This document shows positions 1 through 9,888 of a DNA stretch of 64,000 nucleotides, in pieces. The position numbers were made by a program, and so were the translations under genes. Positions within the stretch are counted from its first letter, which is position 1; every line of letters starts with the position of its first letter. The DNA is taken from NCBI GenBank assembly GCA_963662615.2, contig CAXXSR010000002.1, forward strand, positions 320,001 through 384,000. The letters run 5' to 3'. The notes under the pieces were generated by a model, which worked only from the letters and a program-made list of their open reading frames with translations, had not been told where the DNA came from and did no database searches. Source of the stretch: Dehalococcoidia bacterium. Its GTDB lineage: Bacteria > Chloroflexota > Dehalococcoidia > Bin125.

Positions 1-643
1 CTGCCGCACCCCGGCCAATGCGCACCACTTGACCCACTGTACGACGCACTTGCTGTGGCAGAAAGCTCTGGGCCCGCAAATGGAAGCGGAAGGTGGGCGC
101 GCTGGCATGGAGCCGCGCCTCGTCCACGGTCCGCACGGTGCCGGAGGGCGGCGACCGGGAGGCAAAGGAGGCGAAGTCGTGCTCTCCTTCGAGCGGCGCG
201 AGAGCCGCCTCCATACGCGAGACGTCCAGCGGCGCGGTCAGGACCCAGGCACGCGATTCCCAAAGCGGCTGCCGGACGGGGCTGACCCGAAGGTGGTAGG
301 CATACGTGCGGGCCGTCGCCCAGCGGCGGGGGTTGAATTCCAACGGCACCTCTCGCGCGGCCTGCACGGCAACGGCGGGAGGGAGGAAATGGTTCAGGCC
401 GCCCACCCAGCGGGTGAGCGCCAAGGTGGAGGTGGTGGTAACAGCAGCGACCTGCCCGGTGGCATGCACGCCCGCGTCGGTGCGGCTGGCGAAGTCCGCC
501 CGATGCGGCGCGCCGCTGAGCGCCAGACAGGCGTCTTCCAGGGCCGCCTGGACCGTGGGGCGCCCGCGCTGCAGCTGAGAGCCGGCGAAAGCGGCGCCGT
601 CATACTGCAGGCGCAGCGCGATCCGGCGCGGGGACGGGGGCAC
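1..643 (-). CDS. truA: tRNA pseudouridine(38-40) synthase TruA, 3'-truncated by window edge
   Basis: Manual translation from GTG at 643: RRIALRLQYDGAAFAGSQLQ...ASRTDAGVHATGQV...EGEHDFASF...AQSFLPQQVRRTVG; canonical position after rplQ. Not in the ORF track. Confidence 0.93.
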   Translation of the reverse strand, partial: MPPSPRRIALRLQYDGAAFAGSQLQRGRPTVQAALEDACLALSGAPHRADFASRTDAGVHATGQVAAVTTTSTLALTRWVGGLNHFLPPAVAVQAAREVPLEFNPRRWATARTYAYHLRVSPVRQPLWESRAWVLTAPLDVSRMEAALAPLEGEHDFASFASRSPPSGTVRTVDEARLHASAPTFRFHLRAQSFLPQQVRRTVGQVVRIGRGAA

Positions 644-649
644 AGTGGG

Positions 650-1084
650 CTAGTCGTTCCGCTCGGCGTCGTCGGCGCCAGCCGAGTCGGCGGGGGCCGC
701 GGCGCTCTCCAAGATGGCCCCGGCGGGCGCATCCTGCACCAGTTCAATCTGCGCCATGCGGGCGCCGTCACCCAGCCGGGGGCCCAGCTTGATAATGCGG
801 GTGTAGCCGCCCGGCCGCTCACGGAAGCGAGGCGCGATTTCGCTGAAGAGGTGACGCAGGACCGCGCGATCGGTCAGAGCCGCTGAGGCCAGACGCCGGG
901 CATGGAGGTCGCCGCGTTTGCCCAGCGTGATCACTTTCTCCGCGGCGGGGCGGATCTCCTTGGCCTTGGCCTCGGTGGTGACGAGCCGACCGTGCCGCAG
1001 CAACTCCGTCACCTGATTGCGAATGAGGGCCTTGCGATGGGAGGAGGTGCGCCCCAGCGCGCGGCCGGCAATTCGGTGTCGCAT
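650..1084 (-). CDS. rplQ: 50S ribosomal protein L17
   Basis: [20 protein letters not shown]...[19 protein letters not shown]; short acidic tail. Confidence 0.98.
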   Translation of the reverse strand: MRHRIAGRALGRTSSHRKALIRNQVTELLRHGRLVTTEAKAKEIRPAAEKVITLGKRGDLHARRLASAALTDRAVLRHLFSEIAPRFRERPGGYTRIIKLGPRLGDGARMAQIELVQDAPAGAILESAAAPADSAGADDAERND

Positions 1085-1096
1085 GACGCGCTCCGC

Positions 1097-2215
1097 TTAG
1101 CGGGGCTCCTCCGGTTCCTCGCCCGCTTCCCGCAGCGCCTCCAAAAGCGCCGTCCCCAGCGAACTGATCTCCTCGTCGGCTTCTTCCAAGGAAAACTCAT
1201 CGGGTCGCGGCGCGGGCGGCGTCGGCGCCGGCTCGGCGGCCAGTTCGACGATTTTGCCCTCTGCGCCGCGGCGGCCGCGGGGGTCGTCGTCATCAAGGAA
1301 GCCCATCTCGCGGAGCCGGTCGATCAACTCGTAGTAGGACTTCTCGCCGAAGTTCCGCAGCCCGAGCAGCTCCTCTTCACTCTTTTCAAGAATCTGCCCC
1401 AAGGTCATCAGCCCGCTGCGCTTGAGGCAGTTATAGGCGCGGACGGAGAGGGAGAGGTCCTCAATGGACGTGTTATAGCGCTCCGGGGTGAGGCCCAGGG
1501 CCTCCCCCGGCTGGGGCTCCGCGGACGGCGGCGGCGTGCCCAGGTGGACGAAGAGGCTCAGCTCTCGTTGGAGGATCTCCGCCGCGGCGCGAATGGCGCT
1601 GGTGCCGTCGATGGTGCCATCCGTCCAGACTTCCAAGATCAAGCGGTCCAGGTCGCTTTCTCGTCCGACACGGGTCGGCTGCACGGAGTAATTGACCTTG
1701 CGGACGGGGGTGAAGATCGCGTCTAGGGGGATGACGCCAATGGGCATGCCGTCTGTCTGGGAGGCGGGTGTGTAGCCGCGGCCCCATTCGACGTCGAGCG
1801 TGGCGGTCAGCCGGGCCTCGGAGGAATCCAAGGTGGCGAGGTGCAGATCGTGGTTGACGATGGAGTAATCGCCGGGGACCTCCAGATCCGCGGCGGTCAC
1901 GACGCGTTCTCCGGACACGTCCAAGAAGAGCTTGGCCGGCCGATCCGAGAGGCCGCGCAGACGGATCCCCCGCATGTTGAGGAGGATCTCGGTGGTGTCC
2001 TCCTTGACGTGGGGGATGGCGGAGAACTCGTGCTGGACCTGATCGATGCGCACGGAGACGACGGCGGCGCCGGGCAGGGCGCTGAGCAAGACGCGTCGCA
2101 GCGCGTTGCCAATAGTGGTCCCGAAGCCCTGCGCGAGCGGCTCCACCACCGCCCGAGCGTAGCTCTCGGTGTTGTCCTCAATCTCCAGGTGCGGGAGTTC
2201 TTGCTCCGTGATCAC
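1097..2215 (-). CDS. rpoA: RNA polymerase alpha subunit
   Basis: EPLAQGFGTTIGNALRRVLLS, HEFSAIPHVKED, alpha-CTD LSVRAYNCLKR; start reassigned to GTG 2215. Confidence 0.98.
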   Translation of the reverse strand: MITEQELPHLEIEDNTESYARAVVEPLAQGFGTTIGNALRRVLLSALPGAAVVSVRIDQVQHEFSAIPHVKEDTTEILLNMRGIRLRGLSDRPAKLFLDVSGERVVTAADLEVPGDYSIVNHDLHLATLDSSEARLTATLDVEWGRGYTPASQTDGMPIGVIPLDAIFTPVRKVNYSVQPTRVGRESDLDRLILEVWTDGTIDGTSAIRAAAEILQRELSLFVHLGTPPPSAEPQPGEALGLTPERYNTSIEDLSLSVRAYNCLKRSGLMTLGQILEKSEEELLGLRNFGEKSYYELIDRLREMGFLDDDDPRGRRGAEGKIVELAAEPAPTPPAPRPDEFSLEEADEEISSLGTALLEALREAGEEPEEPR

Positions 2216-2255
2216 GTGGCTGCGTTCCTCCCAGGAAGCAGTGCGACAGTGCCGT

Positions 2256-2882
2256 CTAGCGCGAGTAATACTCGACGATGGCCTTTTCGTCGAAACGCAC
2301 GTCAATGTCAATGCGGACGGGGAGCGCGGTCACCTCCCCCTCTAAGGTGGCGGGCTCCACCCGCAGCCAGCCCGGCACCTCACGGCCCCCCTGCCACTCT
2401 CGCACCATCTTGAAAAACGTGCTGCGGCGACCGCGCTCCGACCACCCGATCTTATCGCCCACCCGCAGTTCAATGGAGGGGATGGCTGATTTGCGGCTGT
2501 TGAGGAGGATGTGGCCGTGCAGGACGATCTGGCGCGCCTGGGCGCGGGATTCCGCCAGGCCGAGCCGGTAGACGATGTTATCCAGGCGCAGTTCCAGGAG
2601 CTGGAGGAGGACCTCTCCGGTGGCGCCGGGGCGGCGGATCGCTTCTTTATAGAGGCGGCGGAATTGCCGCTCCAGCACGCCGTAGGACTGCCGCGCCTTC
2701 TGCTTTTCGCGCAGCTGCAGGCCGCGGTCGGAGATTTTGCGCCGGCGCTGCGGCCGCGGGCCCGGTGGGGTGGGGCGGCGCTCCACGGCGCACTTGGGAG
2801 TGAAACAGCGGTCGCCCTTGAGGAAGAGCTTTTCGCCGTTGCGCCGGCAGAGCCGACAGACCGGACCGACGTATCGCGCCAT
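2256..2882 (-). CDS. rpsD: 30S ribosomal protein S4 (zinc-ribbon form)
   Basis: MARYVGPVCRLCRR...KGDRC...KC; LELRLDNIVYRLG. Confidence 0.98.
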   Translation of the reverse strand: MARYVGPVCRLCRRNGEKLFLKGDRCFTPKCAVERRPTPPGPRPQRRRKISDRGLQLREKQKARQSYGVLERQFRRLYKEAIRRPGATGEVLLQLLELRLDNIVYRLGLAESRAQARQIVLHGHILLNSRKSAIPSIELRVGDKIGWSERGRRSTFFKMVREWQGGREVPGWLRVEPATLEGEVTALPVRIDIDVRFDEKAIVEYYSR

Positions 2883-2893
2883 GTCGCTACTTT

Positions 2894-3286
2894 CTAGACC
2901 CGACGCCGCTTGCGCGGGCGGCAGCCGTTATGCGGAATTGGGGTCAGATCGCGGATGCTGAGCAGGGTGAGTCCCGAGGCCTGGAGGGCGCGCACCGCCG
3001 CTTCGCGGCCACTTCCGGGCCCCTTCACGTAGACGTCCACCTCCCGCATGCCGTGATCCATGGCCCGGCGAGCGGCCGTCTCTCCGGCGATCTGCGCCGC
3101 GTAGGGGGTGCTCTTGCGGGATCCCTTCACGCCGGTGGAGCCGCCGCTGCTCCAGGCCACGGTGTTTCCTTGCGAATCCGTGAGCGTGATGATGGTGTTA
3201 TTGAAGGTGGACTGAATGTAGGCGCGACCGCGGGGGACATTCTTGCGCTCTCGTCTGCGGCCTCGTCTGGGTTCTTGCGTGACCAT
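2894..3286 (-). CDS. rpsK: 30S ribosomal protein S11
   Basis: [34 protein letters not shown]. Confidence 0.98.
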   Translation of the reverse strand: MVTQEPRRGRRRERKNVPRGRAYIQSTFNNTIITLTDSQGNTVAWSSGGSTGVKGSRKSTPYAAQIAGETAARRAMDHGMREVDVYVKGPGSGREAAVRALQASGLTLLSIRDLTPIPHNGCRPRKRRRV

Positions 3287-3298
3287 GGGCGCCGTTCC

Positions 3299-3679
3299 TT
3301 ACTTTCTCACGGCGCGGCGCCGACCCGCCACCGTCTTGCGCGCGCCCCGGCGGGTGCGGGCGTTGGTACGGGTTCGCTGGCCGCGGAGCGGGAGGTTGCG
3401 TCGGTGGCGCTGCCCGCGGTAGCTGTTGATGTCGATCAAGCGCTGAATGCTCTGCCGAACCTCTCGGCGCAGGTCGCCCTCTACTAGGTAGTCGCGCTCA
3501 ATGATCTCGCGCACCCGCGTGATCTCGGATTCCGACAGTTCCCGCACGCGCCGCTCGGGGTCGATCTGGGACTTACGGACGATCTCCCGCGCGCGTGTGC
3601 CGCCCACCCCGTAGACGTAGCGCAGGGCGAAGGGCAGTTTCTTGTTGTCGGGGATGTCCACGCCGGCGATGCGCGCCAT
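3299..3679 (-). CDS. rpsM: 30S ribosomal protein S13
   Basis: MARIAGVDIP...RGQRTRTNARTR; start at ATG 3679. Confidence 0.98.
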   Translation of the reverse strand: MARIAGVDIPDNKKLPFALRYVYGVGGTRAREIVRKSQIDPERRVRELSESEITRVREIIERDYLVEGDLRREVRQSIQRLIDINSYRGQRHRRNLPLRGQRTRTNARTRRGARKTVAGRRRAVRK

Positions 3680-3689
3680 GCGGCTCTCC

Positions 3690-3965
3690 TTAGTTCTTGA
3701 AGCGGTAGGTAATGCGGCCGCGGGTGAGGTCGTATTCGCTGAGTTCAACCAGGACGCGGTCGCCCAAGAGGATCTTAATGTAATGCATTCGCATCTTGCC
3801 GGAGGTGTGGGCCAGCACCTCGTGCTCGTTGGCCAGCCCTACGCGGAACACGGCGTTGGGCAGCGATTCTTTGACCACGCCTTCGACTTCAATCTTATCC
3901 GTCTTGGGCCCGGGCTGGCCCCGCGCCGGCGCGCGTCTGCTGCGACTGTACGATCGTCGAGCCAA
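3690..3965 (-). CDS. infA: Translation initiation factor IF-1 with Arg-rich N-terminal extension
   Basis: [18 protein letters not shown]...[17 protein letters not shown]; TTG 3965 preceded by GGAGG. Confidence 0.95.
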   Translation of the reverse strand: MARRSYSRSRRAPARGQPGPKTDKIEVEGVVKESLPNAVFRVGLANEHEVLAHTSGKMRMHYIKILLGDRVLVELSEYDLTRGRITYRFKN

Positions 3966-3978
3966 GCGTACCTCCCAA

Positions 3979-4752
3979 TCAATCGCAGCGGGTGAGCACG
4001 TCAGCCGGCTGCGCCAGCCGCAGGGCCATGGTGTGCTCGAAGTGGGCTGCGAGTGTGCCATCTTTCGTGACCACCGTCCAGCCATCGCCGAGCTGCGTCG
4101 TCTCCGCGCTCCCGATGGTGGCCATGGGCTCGAGGGCGACGACCATGCCCTTGCGCATGATCATGCCACTGCCCCGCTTGCCGAAGTTGGGCATGCTGGG
4201 AGGCTCGTGCATCTCACGTCCGACGCCGTGTCCGACGTATTCGCGCACGACGCCGTAGCCCGCCCCTTCCAGCACCGCCTGAATGGCCGCGCCGATGTCC
4301 CCTTTGCGGACGCCCACGCGGGCGGTGTCAATCCCCACCTCCAGGGCCTCACGGGTGGCGTCCAGAAGGCGCTGGGCCTCAGGACTGACCCGGCCCACGC
4401 CCACGGTCACGGCGGCGTCGGCGACCCAGCCGTCGACGGTGGCGCCGAGGTCGATGGAGAACAGGTCGCCCTCCTCCAGGATACGATCGGTGGGGAATCC
4501 GTGGACGATCTGTTCGTTCACGGAGGCGCAGATGGTGTAGGGATAGCCCTGGTAGCCCTTGAAGGTGGGGACCACGCCCAAGCGCTCGTACTTCTGCTGC
4601 ACGTGCTGATCCAGCTCGGCGAGGCGGCGACCGGGGCGCACCATAGCCACCAGCTCCTGGAGCGTCTGGGCGACGAGGCGCCCGGAAACGCGCATCAGCT
4701 CCACTTGCGCGTCCGTCTTGAGGATAATCTGGCCGGCCCGGCTCTCTAGCAC
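3979..4752 (-). CDS. map: Methionine aminopeptidase type I
   Basis: [26 protein letters not shown]. Confidence 0.97.
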   Translation of the reverse strand: MLESRAGQIILKTDAQVELMRVSGRLVAQTLQELVAMVRPGRRLAELDQHVQQKYERLGVVPTFKGYQGYPYTICASVNEQIVHGFPTDRILEEGDLFSIDLGATVDGWVADAAVTVGVGRVSPEAQRLLDATREALEVGIDTARVGVRKGDIGAAIQAVLEGAGYGVVREYVGHGVGREMHEPPSMPNFGKRGSGMIMRKGMVVALEPMATIGSAETTQLGDGWTVVTKDGTLAAHFEHTMALRLAQPADVLTRCD

Positions 4753-5405
4753 GAGGGCTGCACCCTCTCTACGGCCGCCAGCAGGTCCCGCCGGACCCGC
4801 TGGGGCGGCAGCGCGCCGTTGATGCGGACCAGCTTGCCGGCCTGGTCGTAGTAGCGGATGAGCGGCGCCGTCTGCTCCTCGTAGACCTGCAGGCGCCGGA
4901 TGATCGCCTGGGGCTGGTCATCCTCCCGCTGGACCAGGCGGTCGCCACAGCGATCGCAGCGGCCGGGCGCCCGCGGTGGATCGTTTTTCTCGTGGTAGAT
5001 GGAGCCGTCCCGCGGGCAGCTCCAGCGCCCGCCCAGACGCGCCTGCAGTGCCTCCAGGGGCACTTCCAGAAGCAGGACCGCGTCCACCTGCTGTGATCGC
5101 CGCGCGAGGGCGCGGTCCAGCGCTCGAGCCTGCTTCAGCGTGCGCGGGAAGCCGTCCAGCGTGGCGCCAGCGGCCGCATCCGGCCGATCCAGGCGTTCCA
5201 GGAGCATGCGGATGGCCACGTCGTCGGGGACCAATTCGCCTTCGTTGAGGGACTGTTTGATCAGCGTGCCCAGGTCTGTCTCGTCTCGCACGTGTTCGCG
5301 GAAGAACTCTCCGGTCGAAATCAGAGCAAGCCCCTTCGCCTTCGCGAGATGCGCGGCCTGCGTGCCTTTGCCGGCACCGGGCGGGCCGAGCAGGATCAGG
5401 TGCAT
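4746..5405 (-). CDS. adk: Adenylate kinase
   Basis: GPPGAGKGTQA, LDGFPRT, QREDD. Confidence 0.98.
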   Translation of the reverse strand: MHLILLGPPGAGKGTQAAHLAKAKGLALISTGEFFREHVRDETDLGTLIKQSLNEGELVPDDVAIRMLLERLDRPDAAAGATLDGFPRTLKQARALDRALARRSQQVDAVLLLEVPLEALQARLGGRWSCPRDGSIYHEKNDPPRAPGRCDRCGDRLVQREDDQPQAIIRRLQVYEEQTAPLIRYYDQAGKLVRINGALPPQRVRRDLLAAVERVQPSC

Positions 5406-5408
5406 AGC

Positions 5409-7163
5409 TTAACGGATGAATCCCTCATAGTGCCGCATGAGCAGCTGCGCCTCCACCTGCTTCATAGTGTCCAGCGCGACGCCCACCACGATCAATAAGC
5501 CCACGCTGGAGAGGGTCAACGAGCGGCTGTCCGGGATGAACTCCGTGGTCAGAAACGGGACGATGGCGACGAAGCCCAGGAACAGGGCGCCGGCGAAGGT
5601 AATACGGAAGAGGACGCGGTTGATGTAGTCCTGCGTGGGCCGCCCCGGCCGGATGCCGGGGACGAACCCGCCCTGCTTCTGCAGATTCTCCGCCAGATTC
5701 TGCTGCTGGAAGGTGATCAGCGTGTAGAAGAAGGTGAAGATCACGACCAGGAGGAAGGAGAGCGCCCAGTAGAGCGGGCGGCCGGGCGAAAAGTTGGTCT
5801 GCACCCAGTTCGCGGCGCGGGCGATCCAGGCCGGCCGCTCGCCCACTGTTTGTCCTTCCACTTCGGGCGTGAAGGCGCTGTCGGGCTCATCGAGATGGGT
5901 AGGCACCCGGGTGGCGGCGATGAAGGTCCCCTCAAGATCTTCGAGCTGGATGAGCTTCGATCCGAGATCGTTGTTCTCCACGGTCCAGGTGGGGAGGAAT
6001 TCGCCGGTGGTCGCGTCCAGGCGGGTCTCGACGAACGTCAAGACGTCGGCGTCGCTGTCGCCGTTGATGCGATCGAGCACGTCGCCGAAGGTGTCGTCCG
6101 CGGCGGCATAGCTGATCTCCGCGTCGTTGACGCGGAAGCGGCCCTCCGGGCTGATCGCGGGGAACGCGTCGACGAGGAGGATGTCCTCGGTCTCATCCTC
6201 GGCGAAGGGGACTTCGACCAACGCCTTGGTGCTGGCGTCGTCGCCGCCGGCCACGGCGCCCTCAATATAGCCGGCAATGACGGAGGGGAAGATGATGATG
6301 GAGAAGGCGAATATCAGCGGGATCATACCGGCGCTGTTGACGCGCAAGGGGATATAGCTCTGTCCGCTCTGGCGATACATGCGCCCACCGCGAAAGACAC
6401 TGCGGGCGTACTGGACGGGGATGCGGCGCTGGGCCTCCTGGAAGAAGACGATGAGAGCGATCAAGGCGACGGCGATGAAGAGGACGATGGCCACGCCGCC
6501 GGCGCCGGTGTCGCTGAGGCGAATGGAGTTAAAGAGGGTAGGGAAGCTGGCCAAGATGCCGCCGAAGATGATGAGGGAGATGCCGTTGCCGATCCCCTTC
6601 TCCGTGATCAACTCGCCCAGCCAGATCAAGAACATGGTGCCGGCCGTCAGGGAGATGATGGCGGAAACGGTGGGGAGGGCGTCGGATCCGCTGAAGCCAA
6701 TGCCGGTGATCGCGTTGGCGTTCTCCAGGAGCAGGAGCTGGCCGTATCCCTGCACGACGGCCATGGGGACGGCGGCCCAGTAGGTGTAGAGCTGGATGCG
6801 GTTGCGCCCCTGCTCCCCCTCGCGGGCGAGCGCTTGCAGCCGCGGCACCATGGGCGTGAGCAGCTGCATGACGATGGAGGCGGTGATGTAGGGATAGACG
6901 CCTAGGGCGACGATGCTGAGGTTCTCCAAGCCACCGCCGCTGAAGAGGTTGAGGAAGCCGAGCACCGGGTTGTTGTCCAGGGCGCTGTCCAGCTGCGCCA
7001 ACTGCACGTTGGGTACCGGGATGTGCGCCACGAAGCGAAAGATGATCAGCATGGCCAGGGTGAAGGCGAGCTTGAGCCGGACGTCTGGCTGACGCCAGGC
7101 GTCCACCATCGCTTGGAGCAAGCGTGGTCTAGTGGGACTCTGCGCTGCTTGCGCGCGCTGCAT
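5409..7163 (-). CDS. secY: Preprotein translocase SecY, 584 aa, with ~140-aa inserted domain
   Basis: SIVALGVYPYITASI, GIGNGISLIIF, AGMIPLIFA, FVPGIRPG; ATG 7163 preceded by AAGGAG. Confidence 0.97.
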   Translation of the reverse strand: MQRAQAAQSPTRPRLLQAMVDAWRQPDVRLKLAFTLAMLIIFRFVAHIPVPNVQLAQLDSALDNNPVLGFLNLFSGGGLENLSIVALGVYPYITASIVMQLLTPMVPRLQALAREGEQGRNRIQLYTYWAAVPMAVVQGYGQLLLLENANAITGIGFSGSDALPTVSAIISLTAGTMFLIWLGELITEKGIGNGISLIIFGGILASFPTLFNSIRLSDTGAGGVAIVLFIAVALIALIVFFQEAQRRIPVQYARSVFRGGRMYRQSGQSYIPLRVNSAGMIPLIFAFSIIIFPSVIAGYIEGAVAGGDDASTKALVEVPFAEDETEDILLVDAFPAISPEGRFRVNDAEISYAAADDTFGDVLDRINGDSDADVLTFVETRLDATTGEFLPTWTVENNDLGSKLIQLEDLEGTFIAATRVPTHLDEPDSAFTPEVEGQTVGERPAWIARAANWVQTNFSPGRPLYWALSFLLVVIFTFFYTLITFQQQNLAENLQKQGGFVPGIRPGRPTQDYINRVLFRITFAGALFLGFVAIVPFLTTEFIPDSRSLTLSSVGLLIVVGVALDTMKQVEAQLLMRHYEGFIR

Positions 7164-7614
7164 CCAACTCCTTGACGGAGCCGCCGGCGGCTTCGATCTT
7201 GGCCCGCGCGGCCGCAGAGACCTTGGGCGCCTGCACCGCGAGGGGGTGATCGAGTTCGCCGCCGGCAAGCACTTTGAACGGCTCTTCGGCGCTCTTGAGG
7301 AGGCCGGCCTGCACCAGGGATTCGGCGGTCACCTCAGCACCGGCGGGGAAGCGACGATTGAGCGCGATCAGGTTAATGGGCGTGTACTCCACTCGTCGCG
7401 CGTTGGTGAAGCCGCGCCGGTGCGGCATCTTGCGAATGAGGGGCATTTGGCCCCCCTCGAAGCCCACGCGGAGATCCTTGCCGGAACGCGACTTTTGGCC
7501 CTTGAGGCCACGACCGGAATAGGTCCCGGTGCCGGAGGCGTTGCCGCGCCCGATTCGCTTGCGAGGCCGTTGGGCGCCCGTCGGCGAACGGAGATTGTTC
7601 TGGCGTAGCGGCAT
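7129..7614 (-). CDS. rplO: 50S ribosomal protein L15
   Basis: GRGNASGTG...GFEGGQMPL. Confidence 0.98.
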   Translation of the reverse strand: MPLRQNNLRSPTGAQRPRKRIGRGNASGTGTYSGRGLKGQKSRSGKDLRVGFEGGQMPLIRKMPHRRGFTNARRVEYTPINLIALNRRFPAGAEVTAESLVQAGLLKSAEEPFKVLAGGELDHPLAVQAPKVSAAARAKIEAAGGSVKELDAARASSAESH

Positions 7615-7616
7615 TC

Positions 7617-7802
7617 TCAGTCCTCGATCTCGCTCACCGCCACCAGATGGGAAACCTTGTGGATCATACCACGCACATCGCGAGTGTCGGGCTGCTCCAC
7701 GGTCTGGCCCAGCCGGCGCAAGCCGAGCGATCGCACGGTGTGGCCCTGGTCGGCCTTATAGCCGATCCAGCTCTTGACGTAGGTAATGCGCAGTGTGCCC
7801 AT
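7617..7802 (-). CDS. rpmD: 50S ribosomal protein L30
   Basis: [11 protein letters not shown]...LGLRRL...[11 protein letters not shown]. Confidence 0.96.
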   Translation of the reverse strand: MGTLRITYVKSWIGYKADQGHTVRSLGLRRLGQTVEQPDTRDVRGMIHKVSHLVAVSEIED

Positions 7803-7837
7803 TGGGTCGCGCCTCTCCATTGCGCGGGCGGCTCAGG

Positions 7838-8527
7838 CTAGGCAGGCGAGTTCGGCCCCGTGTCCGCCACGGCCTGCTGGGCGGGCGCCGTCTCCGCAGC
7901 GGGTGCGGGCGGGGCGCTCTCCGCGGGGGGCGGGGCGCCTTCCCCCGCGGCGCCGGCGGTCGCCGCTGCCGTGGGGGTCTGCTCCGGGGCCGCAGGGGGT
8001 GGTGCCGGCAGGCGACCGGCGAGGCGCAGCCGTTCCAGCCGCGCCTCTCGTGGGTCGCGCATTTGACTCAGCCCCACCATGGTGGCCTGCACCACGTTGA
8101 TGACGTTGTTCGAGCCCAGGGATTTGGTGAGCACGTTGCGGACGCCGGCGGCCTCCAGGATGGCGCGCACGCCCCCGCCGGCGATGACCCCGGTGCCGGG
8201 CGCGGCCGGCTTCAGGAGGACGCGCGCGGCCCCGAAGTCCGCGGTGAGGACGTGCGGGATGGTGCCATTGCGCATGGGGACGCGGATCATGTTGCGTCTG
8301 GCGATGGTGGAGCCTTTGCGGATGGCTTCCGGCACTTCGTTGGCGCGGCCCAGGCCCACGCCGACCTGCCCTTTGCCGTCTCCGACGACAACCACGGCCG
8401 TGAAGGAGAAGCGGCGGCCGCCCTTGACCACCTTGGCCACCCGGTTGATGGCGACCACTTTCTCGGTCATGTCGTCGCGCGGGCGATCATCTCGCCCCGG
8501 GCGACCTCGGTCGTACCCTCTGACCAC
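7838..8527 (-). CDS. rpsE: 30S ribosomal protein S5 with Ala/Pro-rich C-tail
   Basis: [25 protein letters not shown]. Confidence 0.98.
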   Translation of the reverse strand: MVRGYDRGRPGRDDRPRDDMTEKVVAINRVAKVVKGGRRFSFTAVVVVGDGKGQVGVGLGRANEVPEAIRKGSTIARRNMIRVPMRNGTIPHVLTADFGAARVLLKPAAPGTGVIAGGGVRAILEAAGVRNVLTKSLGSNNVINVVQATMVGLSQMRDPREARLERLRLAGRLPAPPPAAPEQTPTAAATAGAAGEGAPPPAESAPPAPAAETAPAQQAVADTGPNSPA

Positions 8528-8539
8528 AGTTGCCCCTCC

Positions 8540-8914
8540 CTAGAAGGTGAGCCCGCCCTTACGGGCCGCCTCAGCGAGCGCCTTGACGCGGCCATGGTAG
8601 CGGTAGCCGCCGCGGTCAAAGACGACTTGGTTTACGCCCAGCGCCAACGCTCGCTGCGCGACGCGGGCGCCCACGCTGTCGGCGCGCGCGGTCTTGCCGC
8701 CGTTTTGCGCGGGCCGCAGGTCGGCTTCCGCGTCGGAGGCCGCGGCCAGCGTGCTCTGCGCGTCGTCATCGACGAGTTGGCAGTAGATGTGGTTGTGGGA
8801 GCGAAAGACGGTGAGGCGGGGCCGCGCGGCGGTGCCGCGGACTTTCTTGGCCACGCGCGCATGCCGGCGCAGGCGCGCCGCCCGAGGGGTCCGCCGTCGG
8901 CGGCGAGTGCCCAT
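8540..8914 (-). CDS. rplR: 50S ribosomal protein L18
   Basis: [30 protein letters not shown]. Confidence 0.98.
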   Translation of the reverse strand: MGTRRRRRTPRAARLRRHARVAKKVRGTAARPRLTVFRSHNHIYCQLVDDDAQSTLAAASDAEADLRPAQNGGKTARADSVGARVAQRALALGVNQVVFDRGGYRYHGRVKALAEAARKGGLTF

Positions 8915-8927
8915 GGGCCGCTCCTCT

Positions 8928-9464
8928 CTAGACCACGCCGCCCTTGCCGGTCTTGCGGCGCACCCACTCGCCCTGGTAGCGAATGCCCTTGCCCTTGTAC
9001 GGCTCCGGGGGGCGGACGCGGCGGATCTCGGCGGCCTGCTGGCCGACGGCCTGCTTGTCGATCCCGCGGACGTGAACCAGGTTCCCCTCCACGGCGAGTT
9101 CAACGCCTGGGTTCGGTTCAATGGGAACCGGGTGCGAGAAGCCGACGCGTAAAACGAGCGTGCTGCCGTTCATCTCGGCGCGATAGCCGGTCCCCTGCAT
9201 CTCCAAGGTCTTGGAAAATCCTTCCGAGACGCCCTGCACCATGTTGTTGATGAGGGCGCGGGTGAGGCCGTGCTGGGCGCGATGCGCGCGCCGATCGCTG
9301 GGGCGGGTCACCAGGACGGTGGCATCCGCCACGGTCACGCGCAGATCCGGCGGATGCTCCCACGCCAGCTCGCCCTTGGGCCCGTGAACGTGCACCGCGG
9401 CGCCCTCAACGGAGACGCTGACGCCGCTGGGGAGCGGAATGGGGAGGCGGCCAATGCGGCTCAT
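8928..9464 (-). CDS. rplF: 50S ribosomal protein L6
   Basis: MSRIGRLPI...[13 protein letters not shown]. Confidence 0.98.
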   Translation of the reverse strand: MSRIGRLPIPLPSGVSVSVEGAAVHVHGPKGELAWEHPPDLRVTVADATVLVTRPSDRRAHRAQHGLTRALINNMVQGVSEGFSKTLEMQGTGYRAEMNGSTLVLRVGFSHPVPIEPNPGVELAVEGNLVHVRGIDKQAVGQQAAEIRRVRPPEPYKGKGIRYQGEWVRRKTGKGGVV

Positions 9465-9468
9465 GGTG

Positions 9469-9873
9469 TCACCAGACGTAGCACAGGACCTCGCCGCCCA
9501 CATTTTCGCTGCGGGCGCGATGGCCCGTCATGACGCCCCGCGGCGTGGAGAGGATGGCGACCCCCAGCCCCCCAAAGACGCGGGGGATCTCGCGTCGCTG
9601 CACGTAGACGCGCAGCCCCGGACGGCTGACGCGTTGAATCCCGGTCAAGATGGAGCCGCCCGCCTCACGGTAGAGCAGCTCAATGTCGATCTCCGGCAGC
9701 GGTTCGGCGCCGCTTTCTCGGACTTCATAGTCACGGATGAAGCCCTCCGTGGCCAGCACGTCCGCTATGGCGATCTTGAGCTTGGAGGCGGGAATGCGCA
9801 CGCGCTCGTGGCGCGCGGCGACGGCGTTGCGAATGCGCGTGAGCATGTCCGCGACGGGATCGGTGACGGGCAT
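9469..9873 (-). CDS. rpsH: 30S ribosomal protein S8
   Basis: [13 protein letters not shown]...GGEVLCYVW. Confidence 0.98.
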   Translation of the reverse strand: MPVTDPVADMLTRIRNAVAARHERVRIPASKLKIAIADVLATEGFIRDYEVRESGAEPLPEIDIELLYREAGGSILTGIQRVSRPGLRVYVQRREIPRVFGGLGVAILSTPRGVMTGHRARSENVGGEVLCYVW

Positions 9874-9888
9874 ACGGCGCTCCCTCTT

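Noticed and set aside
5830-6260. SecY insert as an intein or intron
   Set aside because: No C/S...HN splice motifs or endonuclease motifs, and the reading frame is continuous.
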